IMG/VR virus record: IMGVR_UViG_2713896875_000003
Location: 1 to 64,000 of that record
Origin: an uncultured virus (IMG/VR IMGVR_UViG_2713896875_000003)
Lineage: Duplodnaviria; Heunggongvirae; Uroviricota; Caudoviricetes
Strand: one strand, 5' to 3'
DNA length: 64,000 nt
Made by a program: the position numbers and the translations under genes. Below are positions 30,674 to 39,661 of this stretch, in pieces; within the stretch, counting starts at the first letter, position 1; each line of letters opens with the position of its first letter. The notes under the pieces were generated by a model. That model searched no databases. It was not told the origin of the DNA and saw nothing but the letters and a program-made list of their open reading frames with translations.

Positions 30674-32016
30674 TGAGTATTGATAAAAAAATACAAAAAC
30701 CATTAACCCCACCGAAAGCCTTTTTTGATTGGTGTACGTCACAAATACCTACGTATCAATGGAAAAACAAAAAGGAAACAATTCTTGCGAGTTCTCGCAA
30801 GAATTGCCCTACTATCAAAAAGCGATTAACTAAGAGATCGAAGCTCTCTTATCCTACAAAATTTTATTCATTCGGTGTTATCCTTGTCAGTAAAAGGCGA
30901 ATAGAAATTCAATCCCACTGTTATTGGCAAACAATAAAAGACGGTAAAGAAACGCTTATCTATGAACATTCAAATCTTGAACGTTTTTCAAAGGATACCC
31001 ACCTTAAAGCCCATTGCCGTAATGGTTACTGGTATGAGGGGTTGATGTCAAATTATGGTTTTATGAGTAGTGCTTATACAAATACGGTATTTTATCCAAA
31101 TAACTGGCAAGAAAAACTAACCACTGTATCGGAGTTAAAGTACTTACAGTTACCTGAAATAGAGCGCCATGAACTGGCACATATTTATAAATACCGAAAC
31201 GAAATCGAATTTTTACAAAAGATAGGCGCAACAACTCTTGCGAATGAAATCATTTTTGACGACTATCGCAACGTTTTTGGACTGTATTTTCATAAAGCAG
31301 ATATGAGAGTAATTACTAAGAAATGGCTAAAAGCGAATAAGCAAAAATTAAAAACAAGCAATCCAACCTTTCATGAATTCATGTTAGAAAAAACGTTAAA
31401 AGAACGAAATGCGCCTATGATAAACGAAATAGAAAAGTACGTACATTATTCGCAAATCAAGCAATTACCGAAAGAGGTGAATTTAACCAAGTTTCAAAAA
31501 TGGTTTATGCGAAAAGGGGAACGTTTTGACTACTATATGGACTACTTACACATGCTAGAAGAGTTGAACACCCCACTTAATAACGATAGTGTATTGTATC
31601 CAGAAAACTTACAAGTAGCTCACGATAACGCTATGAACACGCTAAACCTTTTGAAAAGTGAGATTGAAGAAAAGCAGTATCAAGAACGGAAAAACCAAAT
31701 TAAAGCGTTAGAAGCTGAAATTGACGACTTGCTTTTTCTCACACCACATTCATTACAAGAAATCATTCAAGAAGGAAGTATTCTACGCCATTGTGTGGGC
31801 AGTCAACATTATATCGAACGACATACACAAGGAAAAACAACGATTGTTTTTATCCGAAGAAAAGAAAAGCCAGATATGCCTTACTTCACATTAGAATATC
31901 GAAATCAACAGGTTATACAAATACAAGGAAAATGTAACCGTCAGGAAGTACCAGAAAAGATAAAACAAGCAGTTGAACGTTGGAAACAAGTCGCTCATAC
32001 AGCCATACCTTCCTAA
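30673..32016 (+). CDS. PcfJ-like protein
   Basis: YYMDYLHM, LYPENLQVAHD, EGSILRHCVG, PYFTLEY motifs. Confidence 0.85.
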   Translation: MSIDKKIQKPLTPPKAFFDWCTSQIPTYQWKNKKETILASSRKNCPTIKKRLTKRSKLSYPTKFYSFGVILVSKRRIEIQSHCYWQTIKDGKETLIYEHSNLERFSKDTHLKAHCRNGYWYEGLMSNYGFMSSAYTNTVFYPNNWQEKLTTVSELKYLQLPEIERHELAHIYKYRNEIEFLQKIGATTLANEIIFDDYRNVFGLYFHKADMRVITKKWLKANKQKLKTSNPTFHEFMLEKTLKERNAPMINEIEKYVHYSQIKQLPKEVNLTKFQKWFMRKGERFDYYMDYLHMLEELNTPLNNDSVLYPENLQVAHDNAMNTLNLLKSEIEEKQYQERKNQIKALEAEIDDLLFLTPHSLQEIIQEGSILRHCVGSQHYIERHTQGKTTIVFIRRKEKPDMPYFTLEYRNQQVIQIQGKCNRQEVPEKIKQAVERWKQVAHTAIPS

Positions 32017-32115
32017 ACAAACGAAAACAAGCGGTAGAGAAAAGAGGTAAAGATTAAACGTTAGGAATGCTAAGAAAAGAGTTTTCTTAGCATTCCTAAC
32101 CGAAATCTAGGACAA

Positions 32116-32620
32116 AATCCATTGTTCCGCGGCGGTGCAGTCGCCCTTGCTCCAAAACCAATGGATTTTCTGCTGCACTCAACACGAGTCAATTAAACGT
32201 TCTATTCCCATTCGTGCCGACTGGGGAACGTTTCCTTTTCCTACTCGTTCCTCGTTTAACGGAAAAGGACATTGACACGAGTTGTTCCTTGTGAGACCAC
32301 AAGGAAGCGTTTCACAGATTAAAGTTTTTTCTGAAGCAGTTTCACTGCTACAGAAAAAAGGCGTTGGTTCTATGGCATTTTTCTGTCACTCGTCCTCTTA
32401 TTGCGGTTATCATTTCTTCAGTGAGCCGGCCTTGTGTACTTGCGAATCATACAACAGCCAGTCGAAAACACAAGGGTAAAATGCACGAGCAAGCTCGCCC
32501 TTGTGTTTTCTTTGTGTCTGATGTCTGTTCTCTGCGCACCCAAAACCTCAAACTCACTGAAGAAATGGATCATAACAGCAAACAAAGAAAGGAGAGGACC
32601 ACAGAAAAATACCGAACCAA
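32116..32620. repeat. Structured intergenic repeat copy B (contains Frpo-like hairpin 3)
   Basis: Paralogue of 28685-29235 with compensatory changes. Confidence 0.85.
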
Positions 32621-32705
32621 CGAAGTTCAAAAGAAGCACCCCTTCCTAAATCTTCAAAAAAAATGAGTTTTGAAAAAAATAAAAAACAGAAAGAGGCGAG
32701 TAAAA

Positions 32706-33434
32706 ATGACTAGACTTGAACAAGCACAAGGAAAATTGCAACGACTAAAAAGAGAAAGCGAAGAAATGCACCACTTAATCAGGGCGGAACATGACCGTAT
32801 CCCTTTTGGACAGCCTAACATTATTGGCCGTGGGGACATTTATAAGAAAGTAAATGGCTATCATGATCGAGCAATTAAATTACTGAAGGAACAAGAAAAA
32901 CAAGAAAAAAGAGTGGAAATGCTGGAAAAGGTAGAAGATTTTAAGGAAAAAAACGAGCTAATTAAAGACGTTCATGTGGTCGGTAAATCAAGTTATGCGA
33001 CGGTTGGCGCAAAAACAAGCGTCAATAACATTGACTACTTTAAAAATGAACTAAAAGAGCTTGAAAAAGCCAACGAGAAAGCAAAGGCTTATAACAAGAC
33101 GAAGCCTGCCATTAAGGCGAGAACCTACGGCGCAGCAATCACGAAACTAAAAAATAAAATTGCGACCCTGGAACAAATGAAAGAAGCGGATGAAAATAAG
33201 GTGATGAGTGAGAAAACAAAAGAACTGATAGAAAGCGGTGCAGTAACACAATGGAAGAAAAAGCCGATATTCTATTTCGTTAAAGGGTTGCGAAAAGTAG
33301 CACTAGAAATTGACGAAAATGGAGATTTCTTCATTTCTAACTATTATCCGGCTTGTACAGATGCAGATAAGGAATTTATTAATAAGTTATTAGATCCTGC
33401 AGCTGAAAGCACAAAAAAAGAAACCTTTTGCTGA
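32706..33434 (+). CDS. Coiled-coil hypothetical protein (IPFGQP motif reminiscent of DUF3560)
   Basis: RBS GAGG, ATG 32706; family call is weak. Confidence 0.65.
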   Translation: MTRLEQAQGKLQRLKRESEEMHHLIRAEHDRIPFGQPNIIGRGDIYKKVNGYHDRAIKLLKEQEKQEKRVEMLEKVEDFKEKNELIKDVHVVGKSSYATVGAKTSVNNIDYFKNELKELEKANEKAKAYNKTKPAIKARTYGAAITKLKNKIATLEQMKEADENKVMSEKTKELIESGAVTQWKKKPIFYFVKGLRKVALEIDENGDFFISNYYPACTDADKEFINKLLDPAAESTKKETFC

Positions 33435-33472
33435 AGACAAAAGATTTCTAGGACGTTAACTATTTATAGTCA
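33413..33472 (-). ncRNA. Candidate antisense sRNA 2
   Basis: Minus-strand TTGAAT-17-TATACT (33507-33479); terminator stem identical to sRNA 1. Confidence 0.5.
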
Positions 33473-33620
33473 TGAATAAGTATAGCGTTCCTTAGAAAAA
33501 TATTCAATGGGTTCCTGCCATAACGATGGAGTTATGGCAAGGATTCATTGCAACTCATAGAATAGAACAATTATCTAACAGTAACGAATTAAAAAAAATA
33601 TTGCTTTTGGAGGAATACAA

Positions 33621-34055
33621 ATGAGAAGATTAAGTAATACGACAATGGCCAACGAAACTCTAAAAAAAGAAGCATGGTATAGAATGATGCTTACCGACCT
33701 ATCAAGTTCTGTCATTGATGAGTTCATGGAAACAGGGAAATGCCATTACACCAGCAATTACTTTCAAGGTGAAAATATTTTAGTCACTGAAGAAATAGAG
33801 GAAATCATAAAGACGGCCGAAAAGAAGTATGGCTTCCTGGTGTACTATGTAACTGAAAATAAAACAGCGGATGGCCAGAGATTTTTATCATTATTCTACG
33901 TTGGACGCGATACTAGTGATTGGCTTTACTGTCACAGGGATTTAGAATCTTATAGGCAATATGTGTATGTAGTTAATACGACGAACCCTGCATTTTCAGA
34001 ATTTGGAATGATTCAATTTGATCCAATACTAGGCAGTCTTTTACGAACTGCATAG
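33621..34055 (+). CDS. Hypothetical protein
   Basis: 144 aa, RBS GGAGG. Confidence 0.7.
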   Translation: MRRLSNTTMANETLKKEAWYRMMLTDLSSSVIDEFMETGKCHYTSNYFQGENILVTEEIEEIIKTAEKKYGFLVYYVTENKTADGQRFLSLFYVGRDTSDWLYCHRDLESYRQYVYVVNTTNPAFSEFGMIQFDPILGSLLRTA

Positions 34056-34153
34056 ATAAAAAAAATATATTTTATGGTATCAGTTGGGCTTTTTGGCCCA
34101 GCTGAAGCCTAACGTAAGGAATTATAAGAAAGGTGGGAAATGAGTATGGAAAT

Positions 34154-34299
34154 ACGGGTACGACACGTTTCCCTATAAATGTATAAACATGAAATGGGAG
34201 AATTTATCCTTCTGGATAAATGATAACGGGTACGACACGTTTCCCTATAAATGTATAAACATGAAATGGGAGAATTTATCCTTCTGGATAAATGATAAC
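34154..34299 (+). repeat. Exact tandem duplication (72-bp period) of the intron 5' end
   Basis: 34154-34225 = 34226-34297. Confidence 0.95.
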
Positions 34300-36949
34300 T
34301 AATAGTTCGATAGTTGGAATGAAAGCCGTCATGTTGGCTGAAACAACTAGTCTGATACTCCTACATGCGTGAAATTTTAACAGAAATTCCAGGTATGAAG
34401 TTAGGTGAAGTCGGCTGAACAATGCCTAAGTGAAATGTACAGTTCATAAGGCAGAGGATAGGTCGGGACGCTATAAACTATCTATGGTGAGAATGTTTCC
34501 AGCGAGAAACTGACGAACTTGCGAATGTACGGATCTATAGTCCGACGTTTATCGAAAGAAAACGGCTTACGTTATGTAAGGAATATTACCGAAGAGTAAG
34601 AGTCTGTGTTATGAAATTCGGGATAGTTAACAATGAAACTATAAATATTCAGGTCCACAGTAAGCACCTAAGGGTAGATATGCAAAGCTAGAACTATTGG
34701 AACGTGGAAAGCGAGAAACACTTATGCCAAACGACTGTTATCGGAGTGTTGAATATAAGATTTTACAAATCGAAATTTCTTAATTCTCGTGAGAGTAGGG
34801 GCACAGTACTGATGAAGCGTGTAATGAACGTGGAGGGATAGCCCCAAGACTTGTTCTTTGAAAAATGAATACTGCTAAATGAAACTCACAGGGTCTGGTA
34901 AGAGGATGGGACTATTTAGAATAGGAGAAGTAACCATCGGTGAGTACTGAATTAAGATATTATGAGTATTACAATATGCAAGAAACTTTTGATTGGTTAT
35001 ATCAAAGAAGTTTAGAGAATCGAACAAAGGGAATCAATTTGTTCGATATTATTATATCAGAACGAAATATATTGTTAGCCTACAGAATAATTAAATCAAA
35101 CACGGGCTCAAAAACAGCTGGTGTAGATAATCAAACAATCTCAGATTATAAAATGAAGAATAAGGCTCAGTTTATTCGAGAAATTCGAGAGAGTTTAGTT
35201 GATTACAAGCCAGAAATGGTTAGAAGGGTTGAAATTCCCAAACCCAATGGAAAAACAAGGCCTTTAGGAATACCCACAATGAGAGATAGGTTGATTCAAC
35301 AAATGTTTAAACAAGTGCTTGAACCTATTTGTGAAGCACAATTTTACAAACACTCTTATGGATTTCGACAAAACCGCTCGACAGAACATGCAATTGCTAG
35401 GTGTAACTTTGTTGCCTACGCTTGTAAATGTCATTATGTGGTTGATGTAGATATAGAAGGATTCTTTGACAATGTTAGTCATTCAAAAATGATTAAACAA
35501 CTGTATACCATTGGTGTAAAGGACAGACGTGTACTGGCGATTATCTCTAAAATGCTAAAAGCTCCCATTAAAGGAATTGGCTCTCTAGATAAAGGAACAC
35601 CACAAGGTGCGATTTTATCTCCCTTATTATCTAATGTAGTATTAAATGATTTAGATTGGTGGATTGCTAATCAATGGGAAACGTTTCAAAGCAGATACCC
35701 TTATAAAGATAATGCGTATATGTATAGTGCTCTAAAGAAAACCAAATTAAAAGAAATGCATATCGTTAGATATGCGGACGACTTCAAGATTTTTACAAAT
35801 ACTCCAAAATCAGCAATCAAAATATTTCATGCTGTTAAAGGATATTTGAGAAATCAACTTTCACTAGATATTTCAAAAGAAAAATCAAAAATAACGAATT
35901 TGAGGAAACGATACTCAGAATTTCTAGGCTTTGAGATAAAAGTTGAAAAGCAAAGAAAAGGGAAATATGTTTCTATCTCCAGAGTATCTAGAAAAGCCAA
36001 AAAGAAAATAAAGAAAGACGTCCGTCAAAGAGTAAAACGAATTCAACGTTATCCGACATTTGAAAATATCAAAAACTACAATTTATTTGTCAAAGGAATT
36101 CAAAATTATTATCAAAAAGCAACTAGAGTAAATCTAGACTTTTCAGATATATATTACTCTTGTTTGCCAGCCCTATTCAATCGTTTAAAATTTATTGGGA
36201 AATATGAAATACCTAGAAGTCCACCTTTGGTGTACAAGAAAATTTACAGTTTGAACCATCGAACTTTTCGAGTAAATGGAGAGTACCTTTATCCAATTGA
36301 ATGTATTAAATGGGATAAAGCATGGCCATTTAGATCAACAGTAAATAATTACACCGAACAAGGAAGACTAGAGCGTATCAAAATGTTAAAACCAAAAATA
36401 GGCTCAGAATTGATAAAAATGGGTCAAAAGTATTCAGAAAATCAATCTATTGAATTTCTGGATAATAAACTCTCTCGTTACTCTATGCAAAATGGTAAGT
36501 GTGCTGTTACAGGAGAATTTCTAACCTCTGAGATAGCACACGGACACCATATAGTACCTAAGAAGCAAGGAGGAACTGATGATTATCAAAATATAGTCAT
36601 AGTTCACGAGTGGATTCATAAATTAATCCATGCCAAAACAAAGCAAACGATTGAAGAATATTTCAATGTGCTTCAGTTAAATGAAAAGCAATTGAAGAAA
36701 CTCAACAAATATCGAAAAGAATGTAATTTAGCAGAAATTCATTTGAAGTAAAGAAGAAGTTGGAACGCCGTATGCGGTGAAAGTTGCATGTACGGTGTGG
36801 AGCAGGGGAAAAGCCGGAGAGCGAACTATTATCATTAGCTAAGGTAATAGACAATCAAAGGCTTACCTATTGCTATGGGGGAAAAGCCGGAGAGCGAACT
36901 ATTATCATTAGCTAAGGTAATAGACAATCAAAGGCTTACCTATTGCTAT
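34158..36949 (+). mobile_element. Group II intron (probably bacterial class B)
   Basis: 5' end GTACGACACGTTT; domain V ACGCCGTATGCGGTGAAAGTTGCATGTACGGTGT near 36765-36798; 3' end CTTACCTATTGCTAT; internal RT ORF. Confidence 0.92.
34940..36751 (+). CDS. ltrA: Intron-encoded reverse transcriptase/maturase/HNH endonuclease
   Basis: RPLGIP, SYGFR, GTPQG, RYADD; C-terminal HHIVPKKQGG...HKLIH HNH. Confidence 0.95.
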   Translation: MSTELRYYEYYNMQETFDWLYQRSLENRTKGINLFDIIISERNILLAYRIIKSNTGSKTAGVDNQTISDYKMKNKAQFIREIRESLVDYKPEMVRRVEIPKPNGKTRPLGIPTMRDRLIQQMFKQVLEPICEAQFYKHSYGFRQNRSTEHAIARCNFVAYACKCHYVVDVDIEGFFDNVSHSKMIKQLYTIGVKDRRVLAIISKMLKAPIKGIGSLDKGTPQGAILSPLLSNVVLNDLDWWIANQWETFQSRYPYKDNAYMYSALKKTKLKEMHIVRYADDFKIFTNTPKSAIKIFHAVKGYLRNQLSLDISKEKSKITNLRKRYSEFLGFEIKVEKQRKGKYVSISRVSRKAKKKIKKDVRQRVKRIQRYPTFENIKNYNLFVKGIQNYYQKATRVNLDFSDIYYSCLPALFNRLKFIGKYEIPRSPPLVYKKIYSLNHRTFRVNGEYLYPIECIKWDKAWPFRSTVNNYTEQGRLERIKMLKPKIGSELIKMGQKYSENQSIEFLDNKLSRYSMQNGKCAVTGEFLTSEIAHGHHIVPKKQGGTDDYQNIVIVHEWIHKLIHAKTKQTIEEYFNVLQLNEKQLKKLNKYRKECNLAEIHLK

Positions 36950-36950
36950 G
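36805..36950 (+). repeat. Exact tandem duplication (73 bp) of the intron 3' end
   Basis: 36805-36877 = 36878-36950. Confidence 0.95.
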
Positions 36951-37083
36951 CGTGATTTACGGCTTAAATAACGGACGTATCCAAACCATAGAACAGAACG
37001 CCGAGCAAGGGCAAATTGTCGCAAAATATGACCGATTATATTTTGCTAATTCTATTCAATCGATTGTTATTCCACCAAAATAA
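36950..37083 (+). pseudogene. 3' exon: C-terminal fragment of a tail-associated CHAP amidase gene
   Basis: Reads (G)VIYGLNNGRIQTIEQNAEQGQIV...IPPK-stop; EQN CHAP motif; sits just before bppU-like gene; 5' part absent. Confidence 0.7.
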
Positions 37084-37101
37084 CGAAAGGAGGATTTTTC
37101 A

Positions 37102-37983
37102 ATGGTTAAATGGCAAGCAACGCTAAGTACAACTGAACCTTACAATTACATTGGGATTCAGAATGTACGACAAGGAAATCGAAACACAGAAGTCTTAGAA
37201 GCCATACTAGTTGAAAATGCTTTGCCACTTGATTTAACAGGTTGCGAAGTTTTTTTTGAATCGGTTATTGATAATAAATATCCGATTCAACGTTCAGCAA
37301 AAATTGTGAATGCCAAAAAAGGGATTATTCAGTATACCTTTGATGAATATTCTATGCAGTCGTTACACAGACAAGAAGCATATTTCAGTATTCATAAAGG
37401 TGATAACCTGATTGGTGCAACGCAAAACTTTTCTTACTTTGTAGTGAATGCTGCTTCGAAAACAGAAGGTGAAATGGGTTCTTATTGGCAGTCCATTGAA
37501 GATTTAATCGCGGACATGAACGCTTTTATCAACGAAAATAAGGGTGATTTTACTGATTGGATGAATGCTAGAAAAGAAGAGTTCGAAGCGTGGCGAGATG
37601 CGCAAAAAACAGATTTCACTTCATGGTTCGAATCAATCAAAGATATTTTAAAAACGATTGATCCTGGCGGTACGATGTTAGCCGAGCTAATGGATGCACG
37701 TGTAGACATTCAAGGAGTGCGCCATAATTCAATTTCTGAACGTTTATTGGCAGATATGGAATATTTGTATCAGAAATTAGAGAAACGCTTATATACGTTA
37801 GAATATGGCGAAATAAGTGACTTGATTATTTTACAAGATGATGCTTTTTCACTGAATCATGAAACAGAAATTGTTGGAACAGTTGATTATCCTGCGATCG
37901 ATGGGGCATTGGTTATCGCAACAGTTGATGATACAAAACAGAACGCTTATGTGTTTGAAAAAGTGGGTGAAATAAGTGGTTAA
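37102..37983 (+). CDS. Baseplate upper protein BppU-like
   Basis: VRQGNRNTE...DLTG...KGIIQYTF N-terminal domain; ELMDAR motif. Confidence 0.75.
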   Translation: MVKWQATLSTTEPYNYIGIQNVRQGNRNTEVLEAILVENALPLDLTGCEVFFESVIDNKYPIQRSAKIVNAKKGIIQYTFDEYSMQSLHRQEAYFSIHKGDNLIGATQNFSYFVVNAASKTEGEMGSYWQSIEDLIADMNAFINENKGDFTDWMNARKEEFEAWRDAQKTDFTSWFESIKDILKTIDPGGTMLAELMDARVDIQGVRHNSISERLLADMEYLYQKLEKRLYTLEYGEISDLIILQDDAFSLNHETEIVGTVDYPAIDGALVIATVDDTKQNAYVFEKVGEISG

Positions 37984-38572
37984 AGCAAAACGAATGATGG
38001 AAACCGATGAAAATGGCGTGGAACGTCAGTTTTATCCTATTACACATGCATCCGCTGTTCGAGGATTAGAAAAAATTATTGCGGGTCAATCAAAAGTATT
38101 ATCTGTTAATGGATATACTGGGGCAGTAATTATCACTAAAGCAGATCTAGGCTTAGAAAATGCTCTGACAGAACTTCCTTATGCGACAGAAGAAACAGAC
38201 GGTATTATCACTGCTGAAATGTTTCAACGGTTGTCAAATGGCGAGGGAGGCGTGTACATTCTTCCAATCGCTACCGCAGATGAACTGGGCGGAATAAAGG
38301 TTGGCCAACTGTTAGAAATTACAGAAGACGGAACGTTGTCTGCGGTAAAGCAAACAGATCAAAATTTCACCACTGAACTAAAATCGAAACTGGAAGAGTT
38401 GAAAGGTTATACTGCTGGAGCGAATATTTCTATTTCAGAAGATGGTGTTATTTCAGCAACTGGTGGTGGCGATGGCGGCGGAGTGAATCAACAATATGTT
38501 GACCAAAAAGTTCAAGAAGCCATTGACAGAATACCTGATATTACGTTTGAGAGAGTAGGGGAAGTTGAATGA
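37976..38572 (+). CDS. Tail-fibre-like protein
   Basis: VLSVNGYTG, LPIATADELGGIKVG fibre motifs. Confidence 0.7.
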   Translation: MVKAKRMMETDENGVERQFYPITHASAVRGLEKIIAGQSKVLSVNGYTGAVIITKADLGLENALTELPYATEETDGIITAEMFQRLSNGEGGVYILPIATADELGGIKVGQLLEITEDGTLSAVKQTDQNFTTELKSKLEELKGYTAGANISISEDGVISATGGGDGGGVNQQYVDQKVQEAIDRIPDITFERVGEVE

Positions 38573-38856
38573 CAGATATTGTTAAAGTAAAACAAGGAGG
38601 AACACAGGTATTTCCTCAAACACATTGGAATGCTGTGGAAGGGAAACCAGAAGTATTGAAAGGTGAAAAGGGAGACCCAGGTCCACAAGGTCCAAAAGGA
38701 GATAAAGGAGACGTTGGTCCGCAAGGTCCAGCAGGGCAAAATGCAACAACGACAGACGTTGCAACCTCAATGAAAAATGGCTTGATGTCTAAAGAAGATA
38801 AAACAAAGCTAGATGGATTGCCAGCAATTACATTTGAAAAGGTAGGAGAAGTGTAA
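38569..38856 (+). CDS. Short collagen-like fibre protein
   Basis: GXY run (GEKGDPGPQGPKGDKG); GLMSKEDKTKLDG. Confidence 0.75.
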   Translation: MTDIVKVKQGGTQVFPQTHWNAVEGKPEVLKGEKGDPGPQGPKGDKGDVGPQGPAGQNATTTDVATSMKNGLMSKEDKTKLDGLPAITFEKVGEV

Positions 38857-39326
38857 TGACAACAGATATTGTTCAATTAAAAGAAAAAGGAAAACCAGTC
38901 TATCTTAAAACACATACTGCCGCAATTGATGGGCTTGAATCGTATCCAACTAAAGTAGATACGGATAAAGCGTATTTAAAGGTACCGACAATAGATGAGT
39001 TATGGTCTGGTGGTTGGTTTATGAATGGTTCGCAAACAGTAACACCTAAGAAAAAACTTAGTGAGTGTGCAAATGGGTGGTTACTAGTTTTTACAAATGC
39101 GGAAAACGATGCTTCAACAAAAACAGAATTCCAATATTTATTTATACACAAACGACATGTAAAAAAATATAGCGCAACAGGTATTGTTTTTCCAACAGCA
39201 AATTACAATGGCACAAAAACAGGAGTGAAGTATCTTTACGTTAGAGATACTAATATAAAAGGGAATGATTTGAATGGTAACGCTGCGAACAAATTCAAAA
39301 TCTTGATAGAAATTTATGAATGGTAG
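38856..39326 (+). CDS. Putative receptor-binding fibre tip protein
   Basis: LWSGGWFM...TPKKKLSECANGWLLVF domain; last gene of the fibre series. Confidence 0.6.
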   Translation: MTTDIVQLKEKGKPVYLKTHTAAIDGLESYPTKVDTDKAYLKVPTIDELWSGGWFMNGSQTVTPKKKLSECANGWLLVFTNAENDASTKTEFQYLFIHKRHVKKYSATGIVFPTANYNGTKTGVKYLYVRDTNIKGNDLNGNAANKFKILIEIYEW

Positions 39327-39339
39327 GAGGAAAGAGAAC

Positions 39340-39660
39340 ATGAAAATTTGGATTGTAAACAAAGAAGGATTTTTAGAGGGCTATTCGTTAATCCAACAAC
39401 CTGATTTATTGGAGATTGAAGTAGAAAAAGAACCAACAGATTTCTTTAATTATCGCTGGGACGGAACAAGCTTAATATACGATCCTGACAATGTGCCAGA
39501 ACCAGAGCCAACACCACCTACGGAATTAGAACTTTTACAAAAGCAAAATGCGGAATTAATGAAGCAAGTTTCTCAGCAGAATCAAGTTATTCAACAAACA
39601 CAAAGAATGACTGCCGAATTGATGAAACAAGTCGCTGAACTTACGAAAGGAGCGGAATAA
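39340..39660 (+). CDS. Phage tail-associated hypothetical protein (XkdW-like position)
   Basis: RBS AGGAGG; PEPEPTPPTELELLQ then coiled coil. Confidence 0.6.
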   Translation: MKIWIVNKEGFLEGYSLIQQPDLLEIEVEKEPTDFFNYRWDGTSLIYDPDNVPEPEPTPPTELELLQKQNAELMKQVSQQNQVIQQTQRMTAELMKQVAELTKGAE

Positions 39661-39661
39661 G

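Larger units (their letters stand above)
1..34157 (+). mobile_element. pAD1-like pheromone-responsive conjugative plasmid region (free or integrated), partly degenerate
   Basis: Gene order sea1-orf-asa1-prgU-...-prgC-hydrolase-TcpC/D/E-ssb-VirB4-VirB6-T4CP-oriT-MOBC relaxase; four broken genes. Confidence 0.9.

Noticed and set aside
34154..34299. 72-bp tandem duplication as a biological feature (twintron or target-site duplication)
   Set aside because: Exact, k-mer-sized and mirrored by a 73-bp duplication at the other intron end; group II introns do not create such duplications, so an assembly overlap artefact is more likely
34940..36751. RT as a retron, DGR or defence RT next to phage tail genes
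   Set aside because: It has maturase and HNH regions and is flanked by domain V/VI and intron termini; I saw no TR/VR pair differing at adenines
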